Assembly (NCBI GenBank): GCA_965198115.1
Contig: OZ240241.1
Location: 3,552,001 to 3,616,000 of the forward strand
Reading direction: 5' to 3'
From: Candidatus Latescibacterota bacterium
GTDB taxonomy: Bacteria > Latescibacterota > UBA2968
Length of the DNA: 64,000 nt
Below are positions 18,394 through 28,151 of the stretch, in pieces. A program made the position numbers and the translations under genes. How positions within the stretch are numbered: position 1 is the stretch's first letter; each line of letters begins with the position of its first letter. Under the pieces are notes generated by a model. That model ran no database searches, was not told the DNA's origin, and was given only the letters and a program-made list of their open reading frames with translations.

Positions 18394-19041
18394 TCAGGCC
18401 GCCGATGGACAATCGTCGCTGATCGGACACTCGGCACAGTTGGGGCGCCGCGCCTTGCACGTCTTGCGACCGTGCCTGATCAGCAAATGCGAAAACAGCG
18501 TCCACTCTTCCCGCGGCACCACTTTCATCAGGTCGCGCTCCACCTTCACCGGGTCCTTTTGCCGGGTCAACCGCAGGTGGTTCGAGATCCGCCCGACGTG
18601 CGTGTCGACCACAACCCCCTCCTCCTTCCCAAACGCGTTGCCCAGCACGACATTCGCTGTCTTGCGTCCGACCCCGGCCAGGGCCGTGAGCGTATCCATC
18701 GCGTCGGGAACATCGCCGCCGTGTTCCTCCACGAGCGCTCGACAGCACCCCTTGATCGATTTCGCCTTGTTCCGGAAGAATCCGGTCGAGCGAATGTGGT
18801 CTTCGATCTCCGGAAGCGGCGCCTTCGCAAAATCCTCGGCTGACCTGTAGATCTGGAACAGATCCGCCGTCACGGCGTTCACCCGTTCGTCCGTACATTG
18901 GGCGGACAGAATCGTCGCGATGAGGAGCTGAAGCGGCGTCTCATACGTCAGCGAACAACGCGCGTCGGGGAAGGCGTCCTTGAGCACTGCGATGATACGC
19001 TCGGTGCGAGCCGTCTTGTTCTTGAGCGACTCAGGTGGCAT
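18394..19041 (-). CDS. nth: Endonuclease III
   Basis: LLIATILSAQCTD, HhH motif GVGRKTANVV, VDTHV, FCL motif CKARRPNCAECPISDDC. Confidence 0.95.
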   Translation of the reverse strand: MPPESLKNKTARTERIIAVLKDAFPDARCSLTYETPLQLLIATILSAQCTDERVNAVTADLFQIYRSAEDFAKAPLPEIEDHIRSTGFFRNKAKSIKGCCRALVEEHGGDVPDAMDTLTALAGVGRKTANVVLGNAFGKEEGVVVDTHVGRISNHLRLTRQKDPVKVERDLMKVVPREEWTLFSHLLIRHGRKTCKARRPNCAECPISDDCPSAA

Positions 19042-20752
19042 CGACATCCTCGCCCGAACACCAGCGCAGGAATGGCTCGACCTCCAGGGCATTCAGCACG
19101 TCCTCGCGTCGAAGACCGCCCTTTCTCGCCACACCCACGCCATACACCATATCCGCCAATCCCTCGACGCCGTGCGCGTCCGTATCGATCGCGATCTTGA
19201 CCCCTTTTTCACGCGCCAGGGCGAGGAACCGCCAGTCGAGTTCGAGCCTGTTGGGATGGGCGTTGATCTCGACGGCCGTGTGAGACGCCGCTGCGGCGTC
19301 GAGAACGGCGGGGATGTCGAGCGGATAGCCATCGCGAGAAAGGAGCAGGCGCCCTGTCGGATGTCCGAGGATGTCGACGTGCGGGCTCTCGACCGCCCGG
19401 ATGACGCGCCCGGTTGCCGTCGCCACGTCCATTCCGAACACCGAATGCACGGATGCCACGACAAGATCGAATTCGCACAGGAAATCGTCCTCGAAATCCA
19501 GCCCCCCGTCGACCATGATGTCGACCTCGATGCCCCTCAGAATCCGAATGCCGTGGAGCCGTCCCTGGACCTCCTCGATCTCCCCCCACTGCTCTCGCAC
19601 ACGTTCCACGCTCAGGCCGCCCGCGTAGCCCGCTGCGTGGGAATGATCGCAGATGCCGATGTAGCGATGCCCCAGCTCTCGAGCCGCCGATGCCATCGCC
19701 TCGACGGTTGCCCGCCCGTCGCTGTACTGCGTGTGCACGGTGCCGACCAGATCCTCGATTCCGATCAGGGATGGCAAGGGGCCCTGCTCCGCCCTTTCGA
19801 TCTCCCCCACACCTTCTCGCATCTCCGGCGGAACGTAGGCTAGATCCAGAGCAGCGAAAATATCCTCCTCCGACGAACACACCGTGACTTCATCTTCGCT
19901 AAACAGTCCATATTCGTTCAGTTTGAGGCCCCGCCCCTTCGCGCGGCTTCGCATCTGCGTGTTGTGTTCCTTGCTGCCTGTAAAGTGGTGCAGCGCACAC
20001 GCAAACACGCTATCCTCAACGATCCGCAAGTCTGCGTTCATGCCCGATCGCAGTCGTACGGCGACCTTCGTGTCCCCACGGGCGAGCACCTCCGACACCC
20101 GAGGCGACTCGACGAAGGCCGACGCCACAACGGCCGGTTCGCTCGTACTCGCCACGAGGTCCACGTCCTTCGTCGTTTCCGTCCACCGACGGAGGCTGCC
20201 AGCCACCTCGACCCGAACGACCGCCGGATGGGATCGCAACAGGTCGACCAAACCCTCTGCTTCCGCGCGTGCGGTACTCAACAGGAAACGGCCACGGTGA
20301 GTCTGTAAATACTCGATCCCCTGGACGATGCTCTCCGCAGATTTCTTTCCAAACCCTTTGAGCCCCTCGACCGCCCCGGACGCGCACGCCTTGGCGAGAG
20401 CGTCGACATCGGAGACACCCAGCGTCTCGTAGATCGTCCGCAAACGTTTTCCTCCGAGACCGGGGATTTCGCGCATCTCCACGAGCCCTTCGGGAACGGT
20501 GGACAGCAGCTCCTCGTGCCGCTTCATTCGGCCCGTCTCCACGAGTTCCGTCAGCTCCCGGGCCAGGGTCTTGCCAATCCCCTTGATTCCTGCGAGTTCG
20601 TCCCGACCGACCAGATCGGCCACCGGTTCTTCCAGAATTTCGATCGCCCGAGCGGCGCCCGAGTAAGCCCGTGCCCGAAACGGATTCTCGCCGTTCAGCT
20701 CCATCAGGTTCGCCACGTCCTCCAGCACGACAGAGATCGATCCGTTATCCAT
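19031..20752 (-). CDS. polX: DNA polymerase X with PHP domain
   Basis: ENPFRARAY, AGSLRR, KDVDL, HFTGSKEHN, PPEMRE, CDHS, GHPTGRL, DTDAH. Confidence 0.93.
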   Translation of the reverse strand: MDNGSISVVLEDVANLMELNGENPFRARAYSGAARAIEILEEPVADLVGRDELAGIKGIGKTLARELTELVETGRMKRHEELLSTVPEGLVEMREIPGLGGKRLRTIYETLGVSDVDALAKACASGAVEGLKGFGKKSAESIVQGIEYLQTHRGRFLLSTARAEAEGLVDLLRSHPAVVRVEVAGSLRRWTETTKDVDLVASTSEPAVVASAFVESPRVSEVLARGDTKVAVRLRSGMNADLRIVEDSVFACALHHFTGSKEHNTQMRSRAKGRGLKLNEYGLFSEDEVTVCSSEEDIFAALDLAYVPPEMREGVGEIERAEQGPLPSLIGIEDLVGTVHTQYSDGRATVEAMASAARELGHRYIGICDHSHAAGYAGGLSVERVREQWGEIEEVQGRLHGIRILRGIEVDIMVDGGLDFEDDFLCEFDLVVASVHSVFGMDVATATGRVIRAVESPHVDILGHPTGRLLLSRDGYPLDIPAVLDAAAASHTAVEINAHPNRLELDWRFLALAREKGVKIAIDTDAHGVEGLADMVYGVGVARKGGLRREDVLNALEVEPFLRWCSGEDVDAT

Positions 20753-21341
20753 CGGATCCCCCTGACGTCGGTGCCTTCGCCGCATCGTCTCGCGAAAGGG
20801 GAGCCTCGCCTTCGGCTCCCACCGTTGCCCGAAGCGCATCGTCGGACATGACGTCGTCGAGCAGCACGTTGTTTCTGGCGATGTAGATCGGCGTCTGAAT
20901 CAGTGCGATCAGGTTGACGACCAGACTCAGCACGGCCAGCAGTTCGTGGATGCGCGACAACATCGACTGGCCTGCCGGCTGGACGGGTCTCAACAGATCC
21001 GAATGTGCTCCGCCTCCCAGCATCGCTACCGCCATGATCAGCAGCATTCCGAAGAAGAGGGCGTAGAAGAACGACCCCTTGAAAGCGCGAGCGCGAGCGA
21101 GATAGACCGCATCGAGGTTCCGTTCGCGCACTTCTGCTTTGATCGACGACCCGGTACCCAGGAAGTAGAACATCGTCGTCGTGTGAGTCAGCATAGTCAG
21201 GATGGTCGTAACCAAACCCACCTTCAGATGCGTGCCGATCCCAACACCCCACCACCCGTAGTGGACAGCGTAACCCATCACGAACGTGACCAGAAGCAAC
21301 GGGAGGGAGACGACGCCGAATGCCAGAATCGCAGCTTGCAT
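20745..21341 (-). CDS. Hypothetical 4-TM membrane protein with His residues in or beside the helices
   Basis: Four hydrophobic segments; overlaps the polX start; start codon uncertain. Confidence 0.65.
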   Translation of the reverse strand: MQAAILAFGVVSLPLLLVTFVMGYAVHYGWWGVGIGTHLKVGLVTTILTMLTHTTTMFYFLGTGSSIKAEVRERNLDAVYLARARAFKGSFFYALFFGMLLIMAVAMLGGGAHSDLLRPVQPAGQSMLSRIHELLAVLSLVVNLIALIQTPIYIARNNVLLDDVMSDDALRATVGAEGEAPLSRDDAAKAPTSGGSDG

Positions 21342-21560
21342 GCTACCTGCCTTTACACCTTCGGATGCGTCCATAGTACGGGACCGTGGCGTGATCGGTG
21401 GGCGACCTCGCCGTTCGGCATTTGTGTGGACATTCACGAGCGACACGCTATTTTAGCGCCGACGAGCGTGTCGAGACGCACAATCGGGCGTGAATATAGA
21501 CGAGCCCCCGACAGTCGTCAACCGACCCCCCATTTTAACGATCGAACGGAGCCCCGCACC

Positions 21561-22427
21561 GTGAAACTGTCGGTCACTTCCGTCATGCTTCCACGCTGGG
21601 ACATCGACCAGACCTTCGACAAACTGGCCGACTACGGCTATGAGGGAATAGAGCTCCGCGTCAGGGACAGTCCCGAAGATCCGACCGAAGAGCCCTCCTT
21701 CTGGGGGAGGCACCTCGCCGACGTCAGCCCGTCCAACCTTCTCGACAAGGTCGACGTCCTCCGTTCGGCGTCGGACCGCACGGGGGTCAAAGTCATCGCC
21801 TTCGCACCCAGGGCCCTCATCGGCGACGACGATCTGATCGACCGGTTATTCGAAGGCGCACGTGCCATCGACCCCGATCATCCACCCATGATCCGAATCG
21901 GCGCCCCGCGCCACGACCGCGCCCTCCCCTACCATCCACAGTTTGCCGACGCGCGGGAAGGATTCGCTCCTCTCGTCGACCGGGCGCGCGAGGGAGGTGT
22001 CAAAGTCCTCTATGAAATCCACACAGGAACGGTCGCCGTCTCGTGCTCTCGTACGATCGAGCTCCTCCGCGACCTCGACCCCGCACACATCGGCGCCATC
22101 TACGACGTCCCGAACATGATCCGTGTCGGTATCGAGGACACGCGCATGGGAATAGAAATACTCGGTCCCTACCTTGCCCATTGCCACATCGGAAACGGCA
22201 TCCCCGTCCCCGACAAACCCGAGACGTCGGGACCTGACGATCGGATGGATTTCACCTGGACATTCGCCGACCTCCGAAGAGGAGTCGCCAACATTCCGCA
22301 GATCATACAGGACCTCAAGGACGTGAATTACAGCGGTTACCTCTCACTCGAGGAGTTCGGCCCCGGTGACGACGACGTGAAGGTCCGCGAGCAGGGAGCG
22401 TACGTCCAGCGACTCATCGCCGCGTAG
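21561..22427 (+). CDS. Sugar phosphate isomerase/epimerase (AP endonuclease 2 TIM barrel)
   Basis: GYEGIELR, YEIH, YDVPN, HCHI, YSGYLSLE. Confidence 0.85.
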   Translation: MKLSVTSVMLPRWDIDQTFDKLADYGYEGIELRVRDSPEDPTEEPSFWGRHLADVSPSNLLDKVDVLRSASDRTGVKVIAFAPRALIGDDDLIDRLFEGARAIDPDHPPMIRIGAPRHDRALPYHPQFADAREGFAPLVDRAREGGVKVLYEIHTGTVAVSCSRTIELLRDLDPAHIGAIYDVPNMIRVGIEDTRMGIEILGPYLAHCHIGNGIPVPDKPETSGPDDRMDFTWTFADLRRGVANIPQIIQDLKDVNYSGYLSLEEFGPGDDDVKVREQGAYVQRLIAA

Positions 22428-22474
22428 CGTCACCACGCACCACCGCAGTCTCCACTCCTTCAGGAGATCCATCC

Positions 22475-23380
22475 ATGATTCCACTGATCAGCAGTCTGTG
22501 CTACGGCCCCCTCGACGTCTGTCACCTGCCCCGCTTTTGGTGGAAAGTCTTGCTTCGAGCCAAAGGCCTTCTGGATGAGGAATACCCCGACCTGAGCGGG
22601 GGTCTCGACACGAACGTGCTCAAGGCGCTCGAGTTGGATATCGACACGACCCTCGGATATCTGCGATCGGAAACACCCTCCTATCTGACCTTCGAATCGT
22701 GGGTGCTCGAGCAAAAAGGGGGATCGATCGACCGTGTGGCTGCCGACGCCTGGAACGACTCGGTACGCAATCGCGTCCATACACGCCCCGAGAAAATCGA
22801 GGAAACCTACAACGACATCGGCTGGACCAAGGACGAAGTTTCGGTCGATTCTGCCGTCATCCTGAACAGCGTGCAGGACTGGCAGCTCTTCCACAAACGT
22901 GACCTCGACGCCGACTATGGCGCGTTGGGCAACCAGGTCATTCCCCTGATCGCTACGATCGACTATGGCCCGCTCGAAGTCTGCCAGCTCCCTCGAACGT
23001 GGTACAAGATCACGATGCGGACCAAGGGCCTGCTCCACGACGACTATCCGGACATGCTGCCCAACGGTGGGCTCGACAGGTGGGCACTCGACGCCCTCGG
23101 GATCGACCAGGACCGAGTGGTCGCCCACGTTCGCGAGCATCTTCCCGACTACGTTCAGTTCGAGCGGTTCATCCTGGCCGAGAGCGGAGGTCAGATCGAC
23201 CGTGCCGCCGCCGACGCCTGGAACAAGAGAGTGCGGGAACGGATTCACAACGACGCGAAGCAGACCGACATCAAAGGCACGCTAGAGGACTACGATGTCG
23301 GCCACGTGACATCCGCCGTCGTCCTCAACCATATCGAGGACTGGCACTTTGCGCACCAGAGTCTGACCGCCAACACCTGA
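22475..23380 (+). CDS. Internally duplicated DUF5069-like protein
   Basis: Two approx. 150-aa repeats IPLI...GPL.VC.LPR.W.K...GLL...YPD...GGLD...LN...DW..H. Confidence 0.7.
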   Translation: MIPLISSLCYGPLDVCHLPRFWWKVLLRAKGLLDEEYPDLSGGLDTNVLKALELDIDTTLGYLRSETPSYLTFESWVLEQKGGSIDRVAADAWNDSVRNRVHTRPEKIEETYNDIGWTKDEVSVDSAVILNSVQDWQLFHKRDLDADYGALGNQVIPLIATIDYGPLEVCQLPRTWYKITMRTKGLLHDDYPDMLPNGGLDRWALDALGIDQDRVVAHVREHLPDYVQFERFILAESGGQIDRAAADAWNKRVRERIHNDAKQTDIKGTLEDYDVGHVTSAVVLNHIEDWHFAHQSLTANT

Positions 23381-23399
23381 CACACACCATCGGCAAGCA

Positions 23400-23436
23400 A
23401 AACGGGGGTGTCGCCAGCGTCGCTTCACCCCCGTTT
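23400..23436. terminator. Hairpin between convergent genes
   Basis: Stem AAACGGGGGTG/CACCCCCGTTT. Confidence 0.6.
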
Positions 23437-23455
23437 CCCATTTCCTACGGGAAGC

Positions 23456-24613
23456 CTACAGATCCGTGAAGACCGCCAGTCCCCCCGTGTAGCTGTGTAC
23501 GTAGTTCTTTCCTCCGACGGGTGCGAGTTCGGCGTTCCCGAAAAAACCCACGAGGGGGAAGTCACCCAGTTCGGCGGCGATCAGTCCCACGTCGTGATCG
23601 GGTTGTCCGAACAAACCGTATCCCCTTCCCAAACAGTTGAAATAGAGACCAAACCGAACCGGGTCTTCTCCGAGCTCGCGTGCCACCGCCTGAACGGTTT
23701 GAACGAGATCGTCGTGTGCGGCAGCCGACGTCCTGCGGTTGAATTGAACGGTCTGGCCCGTCACCACGTGCTCGCCGACCGCGATCGATCCGTCCTCGGG
23801 GTTCAAGCCGATCAGGTTTCGTATCAGAAAGTCACCGCGCCCCCGGGCCGTCGCCAGTTCGTCCATCGCCAGGCCTACGAAGATGGATGGGCCGACGTTC
23901 TCCTTTTCCTCGGGCGTCAGTGTGTCGAGGGCTTCCTTCAGCGCATCGATCGCGGGCGAGAAGGCGATTTCGTGAATCACGTTGCCCTCCCCCTTCGTGA
24001 TCGTGTAGGCCTGGCCGAATGGCTGGCAGCCCTGCGCGACGCCCGTCAGGATCTTGACCTCCCCTCGCAGCAGGACGCCCGCCACGCCTTCTTGAACAAC
24101 CTCTCGACCGCACCACTGATACGATCGTGGATCCATAGGAGACCCGGACGCCGCCGCCCCGACGATCGGAAACGGTAGAGACCGTCCGAGTGCCTCGATC
24201 AGCGGTCCCGGATTGTGAGCGGATACGTCCGGAAACAGACAAAGCAGTCCGGACTCCGGCGCGTAGGGCAGCAACGCCTCGGCGATCTCCGCTGAGGCCC
24301 CCGCTCCCGTCGCCAGAAAGGGCACCGGCTGGATGACGTCACCCGAAACAGCAAGGACGGCGACCGCATCCCGTTGCTCGACCTCGCTCTTCTCGTTGAG
24401 CACGCCCATTCCACTGCAGCCCACGACCGCATCCGTCGACCCGAGGGCCGTCGCTTCCTCCACCAGGGTCTGGCCGTGCGAGGCGTGCGCACCCGACGCG
24501 AACAGTAGAACCAGGGACACATCCCCGAGCCCTTCCATGGCAGAGGTCAGGGCCTCCCGAACCGCCGCCCCGGCATCGTTCTCCTGACTCAACCCGGAAC
24601 CGACCTGGATCAT
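23456..24613 (-). CDS. FIST signal-transduction domain protein
   Basis: VVGCSGMG, VAQGCQPFG, FLIRNLIG, YFNCLGRG, GFFGNAEL, HSYT. Confidence 0.9.
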   Translation of the reverse strand: MIQVGSGLSQENDAGAAVREALTSAMEGLGDVSLVLLFASGAHASHGQTLVEEATALGSTDAVVGCSGMGVLNEKSEVEQRDAVAVLAVSGDVIQPVPFLATGAGASAEIAEALLPYAPESGLLCLFPDVSAHNPGPLIEALGRSLPFPIVGAAASGSPMDPRSYQWCGREVVQEGVAGVLLRGEVKILTGVAQGCQPFGQAYTITKGEGNVIHEIAFSPAIDALKEALDTLTPEEKENVGPSIFVGLAMDELATARGRGDFLIRNLIGLNPEDGSIAVGEHVVTGQTVQFNRRTSAAAHDDLVQTVQAVARELGEDPVRFGLYFNCLGRGYGLFGQPDHDVGLIAAELGDFPLVGFFGNAELAPVGGKNYVHSYTGGLAVFTDL

Positions 24614-25602
24614 CTCTTCTCCTTCTCCGCGTCCCCCGACAACCAGCGAAGTGCCGCGTCGACCGCTGCCACCTGGAGCCGCACCTGCGTGCGAACCGGT
24701 GTCCTCGTGTTGTTGTTCTGCACTTCGGTCACCAGATGATACAGCGTCCTTTCGATCTCGTCCCAGGCCTTGTTCAGATACGCCGCCTGCCCCGATCGTC
24801 TCGGATAGCCCGACCCCGGATGGTCTCTCGGGTGGGCGCCCTCTTCGCGCCATCGTTCGTGAATCGACTCAGCCATCGCGACGTAGCGCTCCTGCAAGTC
24901 CGGGGCGAAGGACGAAAGACCCGTTGGAACGTTGATGTGACAGTTGTTCTTGGAGCCGACGTATTCGGTCTGATGCAGGTCGAGCCACGACTCGTAGGCG
25001 CGCTGTTCCTGCATCTCGAAAAACGATCGAAAGAAAGTCGACCGATGATCGCGATTCGGCTCGACGTAGGTGCGGTCGTCGATCTGTTCGTAGGCGATTC
25101 CGAGCAACCGGGGCGGCACCGTCTCCCGGTCGTCCCACGACGGCACGCGAGGAAACCGCTCACCCGGAGCATCCCCCCGCTCGCCGAACATCCACAGAAA
25201 AAACGTCTCGTTCGGAATGCGCGTGCCATCCCAGAACCGAACGGGCGCCCGTTCACTGCCTCCGGGATTGGCATCAGGCACGAAAGTCAGCGTAAAGCGG
25301 CTCCACACATCCTGCCGCCACGTTGCCATCGCGGTGTCCGAGCCGGAGAGCCACTTCAACATCAGCCAGCTTGCAGCCGTGCCCGCGGGCTCGTGTGCGT
25401 GCGGCCGCGACACGAACACGCCGATCGGCCCATCGCCCACGGTCAGGGCGTAGACCGTACGCCCGCCGTACTGGGTGAATCGATCGAGGCGCACGTTTTC
25501 GGCAGTCTCGTATCGTTCAACGTGACGATCTGCTTCGTCGGGCGTCGCGATCAGATCGTCTTCATCAGGAATGATTCGATCGAGATCGGTAAGAGGCTGC
25601 AT
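24610..25602 (-). CDS. M14 family zinc carboxypeptidase-like protein
   Basis: PHAHEPAG (HxxE), ANPGG, EPNRD, LDLHQ; ATGA overlap with the FIST gene. Confidence 0.8.
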   Translation of the reverse strand: MQPLTDLDRIIPDEDDLIATPDEADRHVERYETAENVRLDRFTQYGGRTVYALTVGDGPIGVFVSRPHAHEPAGTAASWLMLKWLSGSDTAMATWRQDVWSRFTLTFVPDANPGGSERAPVRFWDGTRIPNETFFLWMFGERGDAPGERFPRVPSWDDRETVPPRLLGIAYEQIDDRTYVEPNRDHRSTFFRSFFEMQEQRAYESWLDLHQTEYVGSKNNCHINVPTGLSSFAPDLQERYVAMAESIHERWREEGAHPRDHPGSGYPRRSGQAAYLNKAWDEIERTLYHLVTEVQNNNTRTPVRTQVRLQVAAVDAALRWLSGDAEKEKR

Positions 25603-25759
25603 CTTCAGAGAATATAAGCTGCGATCACACCCCGTCTCATCTGAATCGCCGGATCCCGCAAAATTTGTCCTTTTCTTGTCAGCCCAATCCAATTCGTTTA
25701 TATTAGTCTTCCTGCCGTGAACACAGGGTGTAGCATTAGGTCCCTTAAGGCTCAGGTTT

Positions 25760-26224
25760 ATGGATTTCAAAGAAACCCTGCGTGACGAGCTCGTCCGCCG
25801 TGTCGACCTCTCCTTCTACGTGGAAGTGCAGAACGGCACCAGTGTGGCCGACCTCGTCGAGAAGATGCAGGCGAGCCATCGCAAGTGCGCGCTCGTCCTG
25901 GAAGGTGACCGGCTGAAGGGCATCTTCACCGCCCACGACATCCGCGATCTCGCCCCCAAATCCGATTCCCTCTGGCAACCCATCGGCACCGTGATGACGC
26001 ACAACCCGGAAACGATCAGTGGGGACGCGTCGCTCCTCGAAGCCATTCAAATCCTCAACAACAAGCCCTATCGGTATCTTCCCGTCCTGAACAAGGACGG
26101 TCACGTCATCGGCACGCTGACGCACTATGCGGTCCTGAAGTATATCTCCGACCACTTCCCGGAGGAAATCTACAATCTTCCGCCGGAACCCGATCGCATC
26201 GCCCAGTCGCGCGATGGCGCCTGA
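25760..26224 (+). CDS. Stand-alone CBS-pair protein
   Basis: LKGIFTAHDI, VMTHNPETI, YRYLPVLNKDGHVIG. Confidence 0.9.
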   Translation: MDFKETLRDELVRRVDLSFYVEVQNGTSVADLVEKMQASHRKCALVLEGDRLKGIFTAHDIRDLAPKSDSLWQPIGTVMTHNPETISGDASLLEAIQILNNKPYRYLPVLNKDGHVIGTLTHYAVLKYISDHFPEEIYNLPPEPDRIAQSRDGA

Positions 26225-26262
26225 CCGCAACCCACTTCCCCGGTAGCAGGAGGTCTTGAGCA

Positions 26263-28125
26263 ATGGCCGATACTCCGGCTGAATCACCTGCCGACGAAGG
26301 TGTCGAAATCGTAGAATCCATCGCTGTTCGTTTTGCCGGCGATTCGGGTGACGGTAGTCAGCTGATTGGCAACGAGTTCGCCAACACCTCGGCCATCCTC
26401 GGGAACGACATCTCCACGCTGCCTGACTATCCGGCGGAGATCCGAGCCCCTGCCGGCACCTTGCCCGGCGTGAGCGCCTACCAGGTCCATCTGTCCAGCG
26501 AAGAAATCTACACGCCCGGGGACGAGCCTCAGGTGCTCGTCGCAATGAACCCGGCCGCACTCAAAGCGAACATCGAGGACCTGCCACACGGCGGCGTGGT
26601 CATCGCCAACACCGACAACTTCTCGCGCAACAACCTTCGCAAAGCCGGCTACGAGCAGGACCCGTTGGAGGATGGTTCCCTCTCCGCCTATCGTGTGGCG
26701 AAAGTGCCCCTCACGACGTTGCACAAGGAAGCCGTGAAAGATGTAGAAGGCCTGTCGAACCGCCAGATCGACATGATGAAGAACATGTTCGGCCTGGGTC
26801 TGGCCTACTGGATCTTCGATCGCCCGCTCGAGCCGACAATTCGCATGCTCGAGAAGAAATTCGCGAACCTGCCCAACGTCGTCGAAGGCAACGTCAAAAC
26901 GATGAAGGCGGGCTATAATTTCGGCGAAACGACCGAGCAGTTCCAGTATCGGTATCGCGTCTCGAAAGCACCGGTCGAGCCCGGCACCTACCGGGCGGTC
27001 AACGGTGCCCAGGCTACCGCACTCGGACTCGTCACGGCCGCCCGCAAAGCAGGGCTGACGCTCTTCTACGGGAGCTACCCAATTACTCCCGCAAGCTCCC
27101 TCCTGGAAGAGTTGGCTTCTCTCAAAAACTTCGACGTTCGGACCTTCCAGGCCGAAGACGAAATTGCGGCGATGGGATCGACCATCGGAGCCGCCTTTGG
27201 CGGGGCGCTCTCCGCGACCGGCACGAGCGGGCCCGGTATCGCCCTCAAGAGCGAGGCCATCAACCTCGCCCTCGTCCTCGAACTCCCCATGATCATCTGC
27301 AACTTCCAGCGCGGCGGGCCGAGCACGGGTCTTCCAACCAAAGCGGAACAGAGCGATCTGCTTCAGTGCATGTTCGGGAGAAACGGCGAGAGTCCCGTCA
27401 TTGTGGTCGCAGCCAAAACACCGGCCGACTGTTTCGAAACGGCCATCGAAGCGGCTCGTCTCGCGCTCGAAACGATGTCACCGGTCTTCTTCATGTCCGA
27501 CGGTTACCTCGTCTTCAGCTCCGAACCCTGGAGAATTCCCGATCCGGACTCGATACCCGAGATCCCGGTCGAGCCCTGGACGGACGCTGAGAACTTCCAG
27601 CCCTACAGCCGTGACCCCGAAACCCTCGCACGACCCTGGGCGCTGCCAGGCACCACCGGCCTCGAGCACCGCGTCGGCGGCCTTGCAAAGCAGGACGTGA
27701 CGGGCAACGTCTCCTACGACCCCGACGATCATCAGCATATGGTCGACACGCTCGCGGCCAAGGTCGCGCGCGTGGCCGAGCGCATCCCCGAACAAGAGGT
27801 GGACGGTCCTGAATGGGGTGACCTGCTGGTCCTCGGATGGGGAAGCACCTACGGCGCGATTCGATCGGCCGTCCGGCGGGCTCAACAGAAGGGACAAAAG
27901 GTCGCCTTCGCCCACCTGCGGTATCTCAACCCTTTCCCGCGGAATCTGGGCGACATCCTGCTGAAATACGATCGAGTGCTCGTACCCGAGCTGAACGGGG
28001 GGCAGTTGTCCTTCCTCCTCAACGCAAAGTATCCATTGAAGGTGGAGTCCTATCCGAAGGTGCAGGGACAGCCTTTCAGGATTTCCGAAATCACCGAAAA
28101 GATCGACGAGCTGTTGGGCACGTAG
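26263..28125 (+). CDS. korA: 2-oxoacid:ferredoxin oxidoreductase alpha(gamma) subunit
   Basis: RFAGDSGDG, YPAEIRAPAGT, GSYPITPAS, QAEDEIAA, QRGGPSTGLPTK. Confidence 0.93.
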   Translation: MADTPAESPADEGVEIVESIAVRFAGDSGDGSQLIGNEFANTSAILGNDISTLPDYPAEIRAPAGTLPGVSAYQVHLSSEEIYTPGDEPQVLVAMNPAALKANIEDLPHGGVVIANTDNFSRNNLRKAGYEQDPLEDGSLSAYRVAKVPLTTLHKEAVKDVEGLSNRQIDMMKNMFGLGLAYWIFDRPLEPTIRMLEKKFANLPNVVEGNVKTMKAGYNFGETTEQFQYRYRVSKAPVEPGTYRAVNGAQATALGLVTAARKAGLTLFYGSYPITPASSLLEELASLKNFDVRTFQAEDEIAAMGSTIGAAFGGALSATGTSGPGIALKSEAINLALVLELPMIICNFQRGGPSTGLPTKAEQSDLLQCMFGRNGESPVIVVAAKTPADCFETAIEAARLALETMSPVFFMSDGYLVFSSEPWRIPDPDSIPEIPVEPWTDAENFQPYSRDPETLARPWALPGTTGLEHRVGGLAKQDVTGNVSYDPDDHQHMVDTLAAKVARVAERIPEQEVDGPEWGDLLVLGWGSTYGAIRSAVRRAQQKGQKVAFAHLRYLNPFPRNLGDILLKYDRVLVPELNGGQLSFLLNAKYPLKVESYPKVQGQPFRISEITEKIDELLGT

Positions 28126-28151
28126 ACATCAGCGTTCTGGAGAAATCCAAC

